Shown here: piece after piece, positions 13,189 to 24,786 of the stretch
Layout of the letters: each line of letters starts with the position of its first letter
How positions within the stretch are numbered: position 1 is the first letter of the stretch
DNA from: Octopus bimaculoides
Taxonomy: Eukaryota
Length of the DNA: 45,908 nucleotides
Assembly (NCBI RefSeq): GCF_001194135.2
Contig: NC_068986.1
Span: forward strand, 1,833,568-1,879,475
Direction: 5' to 3'
Translations under genes and position numbers: made by a program
Notes under the pieces: model-generated
The model's database searches: none
The model's input: only the letters and a program-made list of their open reading frames with translations
Told to the model about the DNA's origin: nothing

Positions 13189-13386
13189 TATATATTTACA
13201 TATGCACACGCTAATACACGACTTATAATCCCCAATCCTGTTCATACAACGACTGGGGCAAAACTTGTCGGTATACAGCACTTACTCGGTATTACCTGTA
13301 TCCTTTTGGGTTTGGTTAAATCCAATACCCTCCTCAACCTGATATATATATAAATATATATATAAAATGGTGACAATTTACCCATC

Positions 13387-13441
<55 letters not shown>

Positions 13442-13604
13442 GTGTATATATATATATATAATGTAATATATTATTATTGATATCAGGAAATTAATATTAG
13501 AAAATTCTTCAGAAAGATATATACGTGTGTAAAATAATTGTTGTATTAAAAATATAAATATATATAAACATATGTAAATATGTAGAAATATAAATACATA
13601 ATAC

Positions 13605-14320
13605 TAAATATGACAGTTTAAAAGTTTCGAATTAAGTTTTTAAAACATCTTACGATCGTTTCTCAGAGTTGGTGAAACAATCGTAAGATGCTTTACAAAC
13701 TTAATTCGAAACTTTTAAACTGTCATATTTATTATCATATATTTATATTGTTGTATTTGGGGATGGTCATATTGCCAGTTTAGCCAATAGAAACACACGC
13801 ACTGTATATTTGGTGTTAATTTGCTTCAGCTTTATATTACATTAATCCTATTTCGGCCAGAGTTCTTTCGTCACACTTCTGTGACCACATCAGTGGTCCT
13901 TTGCTTTCTTCTTATATGTGTGTCCCTCTTTGCTAACGATCAGCAATTTTGTATTTTGTATTCCTACTCCTAATAGGAATACAAAATACAAAATGATTGA
14001 TCGTTAGCAAGGAGGGACACACATATAAGAAAGAAGAAAGCAAAGGACCACTGATGAGGTCACAGAAGTGTGACGAAAGAACTCTGGCCGAAATATGATT
14101 AATGTAATATAAAGCTGAAGCAAATTAACACCAAATATATAGTGCGTGTATAGTTCGGTTGGAGGAGATACTTGAGTTTGTTCGAAAGCTTCATAGCGCG
14201 GTCTTTCCTCTTGTCCTTGATGGCTTGGGATACAAGTGTTCTTGCTGTTAGTGTATAGTAATCCGGTGGGAGAGCGTTGGATTTGTGTCACCAGAATAAC
14301 AGTTGAAGTCGTAACGTTTA
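13605..14320. mobile_element. Penelope-like terminal-repeat region arranged as inverted repeats
   Basis: Arms 13795-13966 / 13974-14149 and 13605-13662 / 13674-13731. They contain a hammerhead motif and lie near the PLE RT relic. Confidence 0.6.
14045..14089 (+). ncRNA. Minimal type I hammerhead ribozyme motif (imperfect)
   Basis: GGACCA-CTGATGA-G-GTCAC(agaagt)GTGAC-GAAA-GAA-CTC^TGGCC. Stem I has a bulge and stem III is vestigial. Confidence 0.5.
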
Positions 14321-14456
14321 CAACTTACAACTTCCATGTTTGCAACCGAATTTATAAATACATTAATCATTAGTAACTTATTTGTAGATTTACAAGCTGG
14401 TGGTTTATCATTGAGGAAAAATTTCTTTTAATTTTATTTCGTTTTTGATATATTAA

Positions 14457-14543
14457 TAGTGTTAGCTTATGGCGAACACCATTAATATAGTGTTAGCTTA
14501 TGGCCAACACTATTAATATAGTGTTAGCCATAAGGTAACACTA
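14457..14543. repeat. Three 31-bp-period quasi-palindromic units
   Basis: TAGTGTTAGCTTATGGC(G/C)AACAC(C/T)A twice, then TAGTGTTAGCCATAAGGTAACACTA. Confidence 0.85.
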
Positions 14544-14699
14544 TATTATTACATTTTGTATTCTGAACATTTTTATATTTTCGTCACTTTTATAGTTATT
14601 ACGTATGTATTTGATATATATAACAGACTTTATGGATGGTTTATGTATTTTAAATACATGTCGTATCTGATGTATTGACTGTGTTGAATTTGTGCCTGT

Positions 14700-15200
14700 T
14701 ACGTACAATGGCTGGGTCTTTTAGTTTGCGAGAATATCCATTGTTGGTTATTGTTTGTTTTATTCTGTAAATCTTTTTAATCTACTTTATCTGTTGCTTC
14801 ATTTGCTTTCATTCGTGGACGATAATCTGAATGCTATTCTAAGTCGATGTTTTACCTCTGACATTTGAAAGTTTTATATCTGAGTAGATATTCACTCCAT
14901 GAAAGTACAAGCATTTATTTCTACCTTCGGTGTACACACACACGATGTATGGTATTTCCCATTAGAGTATATGTCTAGTAACAGAGTCATTGAATTGCTT
15001 CTGGAAGTTTTATTCGTAATGTTCTGGATGTTGAATTTCAGTACAAAGTTTTTTAGAGTTTTTTTTTCTTTTGCTTGTGATTTTTCTTCTTTAATTTCTC
15101 GACAACTTCTGGAGTGTCCTACTATGACGAGTATATCACCTACATACCTCATATGTATTGTCTGCTTCGGTCTTAATACCATTTTGTTTTACATTGAGGT
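14700..15200 (-). mobile_element. Penelope-like element reverse-transcriptase relic
   Basis: MRYVGDILVI (YVDD-like motif), LLDI..YHTS, and a downstream IKQTITNNGYS block typical of PLE RT C-termini. Many disruptions. Confidence 0.7.
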
Positions 15201-15723
15201 CACAGAAAAACCCGCGTTGGGCGAGATAAGTGAAACGTTCTAATGACACAAAGCAATCTCGGTACTACAATAAATAATTACATTCTAATTCTGTTTTGAG
15301 TACTTTTTCTTGTTGTTCGTTAACGTAGATGTACATATATTTTACCTTTTAGTCTGGAGAAAAGACATTACTTGGCCACCGAGAGTGATGTAGTGGGGGG
15401 AATATGTCATCTTCAAACTGAAAGCCTGGTCCGAATGCTTGTAATAGAGTGAATTCCGCTAAAAGCATCCGGAGGTGGCGATAAACCGGACGACTGGTTG
15501 TAGACTTCAGTCTATACATATATANNNNNNNNNNNNNNNNNNNNNNNNNNNNNNNNNNNNNNNNNNNNNNNNNNNNNNNNNNNNNNNNNNNNNNNNNNNN
15601 NNNNNNNNNNNNNNNNNNNNNNNNNNNNNNNNNNNNNNNNNNNNNNNNNNNNNNNNNNNNNNNNNNNNNNNNNNNNNNNNNNNNNNNNNNNNNNNNNNNN
15701 NNNNNNNNNNNNNTATATATATA

Positions 15724-16470
15724 TCAGGCTGAGTAAAAAGTATGCAACGTTTTGAAACATGAAATTCATCACAGTATATTTCAACAATGCGGAAATTTTA
15801 TTCATCAAAGTAAGTACCATTATAATTAATACACTTTTGCCAACGAGTTACAAGTTTGTTTATTCCGATAACATAAAATTCTGGAGTTCTGGAACTTTTG
15901 AACTCTTTGAACGTACTTTCAGCATCAGTTTGATTTTTGAACTCCTTCCCTCGCAGGAAACCATCAAGGTGCTTTAAAAAGTGGTAGTCAGTAGGAGAAA
16001 GGTCTTGAGAATAAGCTGAGTGGGGAAGAACTTCGTAGCCAAGTTACCTCATCTTCTGGAGTGTCATTAGTGAAACGTGTGGTCGAGCATTGTCATGAAG
16101 AATGATTGGCTCTCTTCTGTTGACCAGTCTCAGACGGAAGAGTACCAGTTTTTCGTTCATTTTGGCAATTTCACGACAACATGTTCCTGCAGTAATGGTT
16201 TTTCCGGGTTTTAAGAAGTTATAATGGATGGGTCCAGCAGTACACCACCAAACAGTCACCATAGCCTACTTTTTGAAGAGCTCGGGTTTAGGGAAGGTTT
16301 TCGGTGCTTCATTTTGGTCCAACCACTGCGAAGAACGTTTTTTATTATTGTACAGAAACCACTTTTCATCGCAAGTTATAATACAGTCGAGAAATGGATC
16401 GGTCTGGTTACGGAGAAGCGATGAGCAAATTTCATATCTGCACATTTTCTGATTTTCATTCAAATCGTGT
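15724..16470 (-). mobile_element. Mariner (DD34D) transposon, 3' part, degenerate
   Basis: Translates to HDLNENQK..IITCDEKW..LHDNARPH..YSQDLSPTDYHF..RWQKCINYNGTYFDE* with disruptions. TIR-like end TCAGGCTGAGTAAAAAGTA follows a TA. Confidence 0.92.
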
Positions 16471-16491
16471 TGTAGCGTACAACTTAAGGGA

Positions 16492-16538
<47 letters not shown>

Positions 16539-17469
16539 TATATATATACATAAATACGAACGTAGTAGATAACAGCTATCCTTCGACCGCACTTTGGACC
16601 TTGTTGTGTCTACTACTCTGATTGATTGGTATTGGCACAATTTGTCTCTTGATGCAACCCAACCAATCGCAGCCTTCAGATAACGTCACGTGAGACAGTC
16701 TCTTCTAAACCTCAGTTTGCGCTGACCACTCCCTATAAAACTCCAGCGACACAGCGAGTCGATGTCTTTCGGCTCCAGACCTTTTGAAGTCTAGCCACTG
16801 ACCACAGAACACACAGCCAGTTCCAGCGACGGCACAACTGCAGCCACATGGAGACTCATCAACATTTCTTCCACGCAGCATTCGTCCTAACGTCAGCATC
16901 ATCTCTCTACGTACACACCAACCAACAACGCTCGCACAGATTCTATCTCTACACTGTTTGTGAATTACTTCACCATGGTTAACAGTAAATACAACCTGCG
17001 ACAACCTTCTGTAACAAGTAACCGGCTCTGCATCGTAACCACAGCTTCTTTTACGACATGTGCCTCCCCGGCTCTGCGTTGCAGCCTCAACTTCTTGATA
17101 CAGCATCTCAGTTACTGTGTACCTTGACTACGAACTGGTATTTCCCAGCCTTGTGTCTGGACTTTCTTCTAACGTCATTATAGACTTTTTCTATGCGCTT
17201 TACTTATCGCAAACGCATACATCCATGTTTGTACACACACACTTTGTATACATGATGGCCAGTCTATTATTATGTTTATATGTCGCACTCACACACACAC
17301 AAACACACATGTTAACCTATCAATAAAATCTTCTCTTAAACATTCTACCCCGGTTGTGTCTCTCTTTTCCTTCTGGCACTTATCCTCTTTTCGTATTTTA
17401 TTTGTATCGACCGTGCGATGTACTAAAGGAGCCAGTCTCGTCACTTCTCCTTCCGCACGGTCGTTTACA
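16471..17469 (+). mobile_element. Solo LTR (Ty3/Gypsy-like), 999 bp, inserted into the mariner
   Basis: TGTA...TACA termini, 4-bp TSD GTGT (16467-16470 and 17470-17473), TATAAAA at 16734-16740, AATAAA at 17322-17327, CCAAT boxes upstream of the TATA. Confidence 0.85.
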
Positions 17470-17900
17470 GTGTGGTACCCATTTGTCGAGCTATTTTGAT
17501 TTTCCGATCGCCTACAAATGGTTGCAGGCTGTTTTCTGGCTAACTTGAAGTATTTTTGCCAGTTTTCGAGTGGTCTTACGTGGATCTTTCTCAGTGATGG
17601 TCTTTGATTGACCGTCATCGATGACAGATGTGTGTCCACCACGCTCACGATCTTCAAGGCTCAGGTCTCCACTGTGAAATCGTTTAAACCATTTTCGAGC
17701 TGACCACTCACTGGTCATTTCCTCACCAAACGTTTCGTTGATATCACGGGCAGTTTCCGCTGCTTCATGTCCTTTTCTGAAGTTCAATGGCGAAATTGCT
17801 CGAATACCGCGCTTTGACAGTTTTATTTCAGATGATTGTAACAACGGTGAAAAAATATCAATGTTAATTTATTGATGCATTTGAACAAGTCTATGTCTGT
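17470..17900 (-). mobile_element. Mariner transposon, 5' part of the same copy
   Basis: HTH region KRGIRAI..AAETARDINETFGE..ARKWFKRFHSGDLSLED followed by LDKWVPH, which joins HDLNENQK at 16470 once the insert is removed. Confidence 0.92.
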
Positions 17901-18212
17901 ACTTTTTTTAAAAATTCAANNNNNNNNNNNNNNNNNNNNNNNNNNNNNNNNNNNNNNNNNNNNNNNNNNNNNNNNNNNNNNNNNNNNNNNNNNNNNNNNN
18001 NNNNNNNNNNNNNNNNNNNNNNNNNNNNNNNNNNNNNNNNNNNNNNNNNNNNNNNNNNNNNNNNNNNNNNNNNNNNNNNNNNNNNNNNNNNNNNNNNNNN
18101 NNNNNNNNNNNNNNNNNNNNNNNNNNNNNNNNNNNNNNNNNNNNNNNNNNNNNNNNNNNNNNNNNNNNNNNNNNNNNNNNNNNNNNNNNNNNNNNNNNNN
18201 NNNNNNNNNNNN

Positions 18213-18260
<48 letters not shown>

Positions 18261-19774
18261 TGCATATACGTATATGTTTATGTATATATTAATGTTTGCT
18301 TCTATATCAAGTTATATACAAATATATTTTAACATTAAACTGAGATAAATCAATGCTTTTTAGCATTTATTTTACACTGCAAAAATTGACAGTGATTCGA
18401 AGACTGATTTTCTTTGATCTGTGAGTTCCATTTTGGCTTTATATAGACTTTTCACAAAATATCCCAGTTTAAAATTTCTTAATAGAAAACTAATAACATC
18501 AACGCCAATTTGATCTATACTGAGCGATAAATTATGTTATCTAGAAAAAAACCAACGTTATATACTAAGAACGTTGCGATCTAAATATAACGTCAGTTTA
18601 TACTTTTACTTTCACACCTGACTGAACCCAAACAATAACAAAATAATTACATCAAACTAAGGTAAATCTAAAATCTCTTTACCTTAATTTTTTACAAATA
18701 CATATATATGACTTTCTCACTTTCTCGAGCGTCAAACTAATACACCTGATTGTTGTTCATACACCTGTCTTCGTCTTTTGCTTTTCTGTAAATTTCAACT
18801 ATGTATATGTGTATATGTGGATGTATGCATGAATGCTTCTATGTTTCATATACATTTTGCTCTGTGAGTGCGCATGTACCCAATGACTTTACTCTGTGTG
18901 TGTGTGTATGTGTGTGTGTGTGTGCATGTGTGTGTGTGTGTGCGTGTGTGTGTGTATGCGTGCTTGCGCACATGTCTTTCATCTTTGGTTCTTGTACATG
19001 TGTAAATGTATTTATATATTTCCGTGTCTTAATGTGTGTGTATGGGTGTATGTGTGTATGTACGTATATTAGCACGTAGATTTTCCTACAATACTAGCGA
19101 TAACACCAATCTCTGACCACCCCACCTCTCTCCCCCCCTCTCTCAAACAAATGTAAGCGGCCAAAACATTAAATCAAAGTTAAGCCTATCAAACGCATCT
19201 CTAAACCCTCCTGTGAACAAATAGTTGCTGACACAGGCCAAGATTAATTTCCTTCCATTGCAGTTTTGACCCTAATTAAGCGTTAGATCGATATTAAAAT
19301 CAATCGCTGAAAGTGTTTCAGTTTAAGAATGATGCTCCTTGATTAGAATAATGTTGAATATCATCATTTAAAATGTTGAGCAATTCAATCACGAAAATAC
19401 AACGTTTACTTTAATTAATTAATTCAATTCAATGACAGTGGAATGACTTAAATACTTATTTAGAAAACTACTGCTAATCAGTGGGCTTAGGTGAAACGAT
19501 TACAATTAAATACAACTCTATCTTGGTCATACAATCATAATCTTGATTGAATGGTTGTTAACTCTTGATGTAACAAAATCAAACTGAAGACATCATATGA
19601 CAGAATCTTTTATTACTTATACTGGTATTGTTATTGTTGTTGGTTAGTCATAGGGTAGTAACTGGTAGTAATCAATTATTTAATTGGCAGTACGATTCCA
19701 GTCAATTAATTGGACCAATATATTGCAATTAATTTTTCATCAATTAATTTTTTACAACACCTGCTTCCAGGGTT

Positions 19775-20290
19775 GATAATATAAAGTACCTATCAAGAAC
19801 TGAGTTCGATTTAATCGACTAATAACTGCCCTCACCCTAAATTTCAGGGCTTGTACCTATGTTAAAAACAAATAGGGCTGTAGATTGGCAGAACTGTTAA
19901 AGTTCTATATACAGCCTTGCAGTATTTGTCTCGGTTCTTTGCGTTCTGAGTTCAAATCCTGCTGAGGTCAATTTTGTCTTTCATCTTCGGTGTCGATAAA
20001 ATAGAATACCAGTCAAGTTCTCGGGTTTATTTAATCCCTTAAAACCTCACCCCCAACTTTATGACCTCGAGCCTATGTTACAAACAATTATGATTGCTGA
20101 ATCGTTAGCGCGCCGGGCAAAATGCTTAGCGGCATTTCGTGTCTTTACGTCCTGAGGTAAAATTCCGCCGAGGTCGACTTTGCTTTCTCTCCTTTAGGGG
20201 CCGATAAAATAAGTGCCAGTTAAGCATTGGGTTCGATGTAATCTACTAACTCACGCCCTCAAAAACTGCCGGTCTTGTGCCAAAATCTGA
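19775..20290 (+). mobile_element. Cluster of three family-A SINE copies
   Basis: Copies at about 19775-19865, 19875-20070 and 20095-20290. Confidence 0.75.
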
Positions 20291-21119
20291 AAGCATTATT
20301 ACCATTTCCTGTCTGTATCAAATTTTCCCATGTTTTTTACACAACCTTGCACCTTTTTTGTATTATTTCATAAATAGTCACAGAACAGGTATTCCGCATC
20401 TTATACTACATTCCATTTTGGTATCTCTTGTTAATCTATATCCAACGCAGAGTCAATTAACAAGTGTTCGTATGCTCTACGTGGGCTTCGAGCCCCTTCA
20501 CATATTTTCAACTGGTTCCATCTTATACTTGGCATTGATGGAACATCTAATTATCTTTCTTTACACAATTGTATCGTAGAATCTTTAGAAACACACGTTG
20601 CTATAGAAATTATAAAACTTTTCTCGCCTTTAGTCTTCTTCAACAGTGGCTTTTTACAAAACCTGCGCGGGTTTGGCTGTTTTTTTTTTTTTTCTGGAAA
20701 GTTTGTTTTTTTTTACATCCATTTAATGGCTTTCTGTCATTAAACACCTAGTTTTCTTTTTTCATCTTTACTGGCAACACCCGTTCGGATATCGTGTGGA
20801 GGACCGCCAGCCAACAAGTTATATTAATACTGTGTAACAGATGTAAATTGGGGAGGGGTTGTCTGCTAAAATAATTTAATATTTTCCCCGCTTGCAAATT
20901 ATTGTTTAGTATACAAAATGTTCGAGACGTTTATTTTATTTCGGAACTCCGTTTGTTACGAGATATGATTTCAGATACAAACTACAACAATGGCGGCAGA
21001 ACCAATGAATAACACTTTCATATAAATGGTTGAAAGGGCAGCCATAAATATGCATAAAGTTATAACAGAAATCCAGAGACAGAACTTATGAAAAGACATG
21101 TGTGTGCCTGTGTATACAC

Positions 21120-21150
<31 letters not shown>

Positions 21151-21678
21151 CATATACATATACACACATATATACGTATACATACATACATACATACACA
21201 TATATATAATGCCTAGTCGGACTAACAATATAATTTCTGCGAGACGTAGAACCGTTTATTCCTACTGAATATATTGTCTTGAGAAATATACCATTCGCTC
21301 TCTACAGAAATCTGCTTCGCAAATAGATATCATCAGATTTGACTGAGAAATGATATCTGGAAAAATAAGTTTATTTGTTGTATGTTGTAATTCCTGTGCG
21401 ATGTAGATTTACTGTCGATGTTGTCAGACTTCTATTACGTGACGAGACAAATAGAATTACATTTTTTTTTTCCATGACACGATTCCTAAAGTTGCTGTCT
21501 TCGAAATAATAACGGAAGAGACTGTTTCATTTATTTATTTATTTATTTGGAGAGTGGATGAGTTGATGGGTAGGTGTAGAGGGGGGGGAAGATTTTCGTC
21601 TCTAACAATAAATGTTTATCGCATAAAATGTCGGAACATTTCGAAAATACCAGTGAAATAAATTATAACATACGCACG

Positions 21679-21726
<48 letters not shown>

Positions 21727-21934
21727 TATACATACGTATCTATGTATATACATACGTACCTGCGTATATACATACGTACGTACGTATCTAGGTATATGCA
21801 TACCTACGTACATACCTATATATGTAAGTGCATATGTACATACATTCATAATACATACATGCATACATACATACATACATACATTCATAATACATACATA
21901 CATACATACATACATACATACATACATACATACA

Positions 21935-22297
21935 TGGAGCACTAGGATGTGAAACACACTGCCAAAATACCAATCTTGAGAAATTAGGCTTCTCAAAACG
22001 AGAAAAGAGAAAGCTGATTCGAAGACTACAGATCCAAGCTAATCACTGGAACTGTAAAGATCTGTGAAACTTTCCAGAAGTTTATTATTTAAGTATATAG
22101 GAGCATATCTTGACATGCAACGATATGCATGAGAATACGTACATAAAACAAAACATACAAACCTGCACGTATACATACATACATACAAAAATAGCCTGTT
22201 GTTGATGTTGAAATTCCAATGAAAGAGCTTTGGATCTAGGCTGGAAACCGACTCTTTCTCTATTGGAAAGCAATTTTGAAATAAAACTTAATAATGA
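21935..22297 (+). mobile_element. 3' stub of a REL-endonuclease non-LTR retrotransposon (R4/Dong-like)
   Basis: GALG..NLEKLGFSKREKRKLIRRLQIQA/ITGTVKICETFQKF plus 3' UTR, flanked on both sides by (CATA)n. Confidence 0.65.
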
Positions 22298-22460
22298 CAT
22301 ACATACATACATACATACATACATACATACATACATACATGCATACATACATGCATATGCAATGAATAATTTCTTTTGAAACTTAATAATGATTAAATAA
22401 AAATAAATACATTAAATACAAATGAATTAAGTCCAAAAGTAATTAGTTTTAAGATATATC

Positions 22461-22718
22461 TCGCAGATGCTCCGCAATGCATCGTCAGGGATGTTTCTAG
22501 GATCTCAGGGGTTTCAGTCTTTCAACATGAGACCTTCTCGCCCAGTTGACCCAGCCGTGGTTAATTATGTCCCATCCTGCGTCCCAATCGCAGCAAACCA
22601 TTGGTCTGCCCTCTTTATTCAAAGCCATCTAATGGCCTTCTCTGTAGCTTCAATGTTGGGAATTATCGTTCACCTCTTTGCTGCGCCAGTAACTCCAAGC
22701 CCAGTCAGAGCTTTGCGC
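22461..22718 (-). mobile_element. 3' end of a HERO-like non-LTR retrotransposon
   Basis: RKALTGLGVTGAAKR..EATEKAIRWL*IKRADQW..GTQ followed by GGCTGGGTC..CTGGGCGAG..TGTTGAAAGAC, matching HERO 3' ends as I recall them. Confidence 0.6.
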
Positions 22719-23161
22719 CAAAAAAAAAAAAAATTATAAATTAGATAAATAAATATTGTTGAAGGCTTGGCTGAGTGGGTTCGACCCCATTGCATGCCGT
22801 CTTAGACAAATATCATTTTCTGTTGCCTTGGACTGACCCATCCCTTGTAAAGGAAATTGAATAGATAGAACCTGAATACAACTTGTTGGGTCGGTTGTAC
22901 ATATAATTCGAGAAGGGCAGCTTCGTCACGCGTTTTGTCATTTTCATTGTACATGAGATCTGTGTAAAGGCTCTGCGTAGCTGCAGAATGCTTTGCACGT
23001 TACACATTAATTCGATATGATCGATTAGGGATTGTGATTACTTAATCAGGTAAGAATCGGGGGCACGGCATTGACAAGCTTCAGTAAAGGTGAAGCACCT
23101 CTGTCATTTTCGTGAGTCACTCTAGCGATCATGTTCGTCTTGCTTCAATATATATTGTGTC

Positions 23162-23360
23162 TAAGGTGGCGAGCTGGCAGAAATGTTAGCCCGCCGGACG
23201 AAATGCTTAGCGGTATTTCGTCTGTCTTTACGTTCTGAGTTCAAATTCTGCCTTTCATTCTTTCGGGGTCGATAAATTAAGTACCAGTTGCGTACTGAGG
23301 TCGATCTAATTGACTCACTGCCTCCCCCAAAATTTCGGGCCTTGTACCTAGAGCAGAAAA
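23162..23360 (+). mobile_element. tRNA-derived SINE (family A)
   Basis: Head and tail motifs present, with a core deletion. Confidence 0.85.
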
Positions 23361-23691
23361 GAATATACATTGTTTCTTTAACACAAATCCATGAAGAGAT
23401 TTCATCTCAAACAATTCCACAGCATGATGCCCTTCAACGGTGTATATGCATTCAGCATGATACGCAAATGGGTGATTTTAATAAAAAATATTTTTCTTTT
23501 ATTTCAATCATTTGACAGCAGCTATGCAGGAACACCGTCTTGAAGGCTTTATTCCAACAAACCGACTTATTTCTAAGCTTGGCAGTTATTCTATCGGTCC
23601 CCTTTGTCGAACCGCTAAGTTGCGAGGCCGTAAACAAACCAATACCGATTGTCAAGCGGTGGTGATGAAAAGACAGAAACATAACGCACAC

Positions 23692-23727
<36 letters not shown>

Positions 23728-24269
23728 ACATAAATATTATATAATTATATGTATATATCCATACATATATGTACATACCGACATCTATATGTATACATAC
23801 TAGCATATATGGGTACAGGACATCACACAAACACATTAAACACAATGAGAAACGAAAACATAAAGACGAGGACAGAAAATGAACTTTTTTTCGAAGAACG
23901 AAAAAATACAAACAGAGAAATGAGACATGCAACATAAAGAATATTACCCATCTTCAGTTGTCCCTGCTCCATCTACTCTGCGCTTCGAAGGCAAGGACAA
24001 TACGCGACTTCGTTGGAGCAGACCTTCCTGCAAGCAAATTAATTAAAATTTGGAAATTTTTGCGGAGAGTGAAAGTGTTAACAAGAACAGGACAGTGACA
24101 ACAAACTTTCGGGGCTGTGTGGCCAAGACGATAGAAAAATTATTATGTTTTTGAACGCGAAGTTAGGTGTGAATGAGAGAGAAAAAAATTGACGTCTTTT
24201 CNNNNNNNNNNNNNNNNNNNNNNNNNNNNNNNNNNNNNNNNNNNNNNNNNNNNNNNNNNNNNNNNNNNN

Positions 24270-24786
24270 GGAAATCCGCCGGCCCAATGGTTTCCCTTCA
24301 TGACAGAATTAATAGACTATTTAAGCATTTTATCTTATCAAAATCATCCAATGGTTGCGGAACTGTTTCCGGGGGGAAACACAACCTTTCAGGATGATAA
24401 TGCACCAATTCACACAGCTGAAGTTGTTACTGAATGGCACGGAGAACATTCCAGTGAAGATGAACATCTTATCTGGCCACCACAGTCACTGTAACTAAGC
24501 GGTTCGGCAAAAGATTCCGATAGTACTAGGCTTAAAAACTTTTCTGGCGATGCGTTTTAGAAAAAGAAGTAAGGAGTCGATATCCTCCACCATCATCACT
24601 ACAAGAACTGGAGACTGTTTTAGCTGAAGAATGGACAAAAATTCCTTTGGAAACAATTCAAACTTTGTACGAGTCCGTACCTCGTAGAATTCAAGCTGTA
24701 ATTACTGCCAAAGGCGGTCCTACCCCCATATTAAAATAAATTTGTTTGAAATTTTGAGGTGTTTCCATTATTTTGTCCAACCCCTG
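24270..24786 (+). mobile_element. Tc1 (DD34E) transposon 3' relic
   Basis: FQDDNAPIH, WPPQS and LAEEWTKIPLETIQTLYESVPRRIQAVITAKGGPTPY*. Right TIR ends CAACCCCTG followed by TA. The left part runs into a gap. Confidence 0.88.

Noticed and set aside
14457-14543. CRISPR-like array
   Set aside because: No variable spacers, only three units, eukaryotic context.
16705-17106. 133-aa ORF
   Set aside because: Inside the solo LTR, antisense to its promoter; no gag or pol similarity.
22461-22530. Hammerhead-like CTGACGA/GAAA words in the HERO 3' UTR
   Set aside because: No consistent stems I-III can be built.
24040-24075. Resemblance to U6 snRNA (TAAAATTTGGAA)
   Set aside because: About 12 nt only; no ACAGAGA box or other U6 segments.
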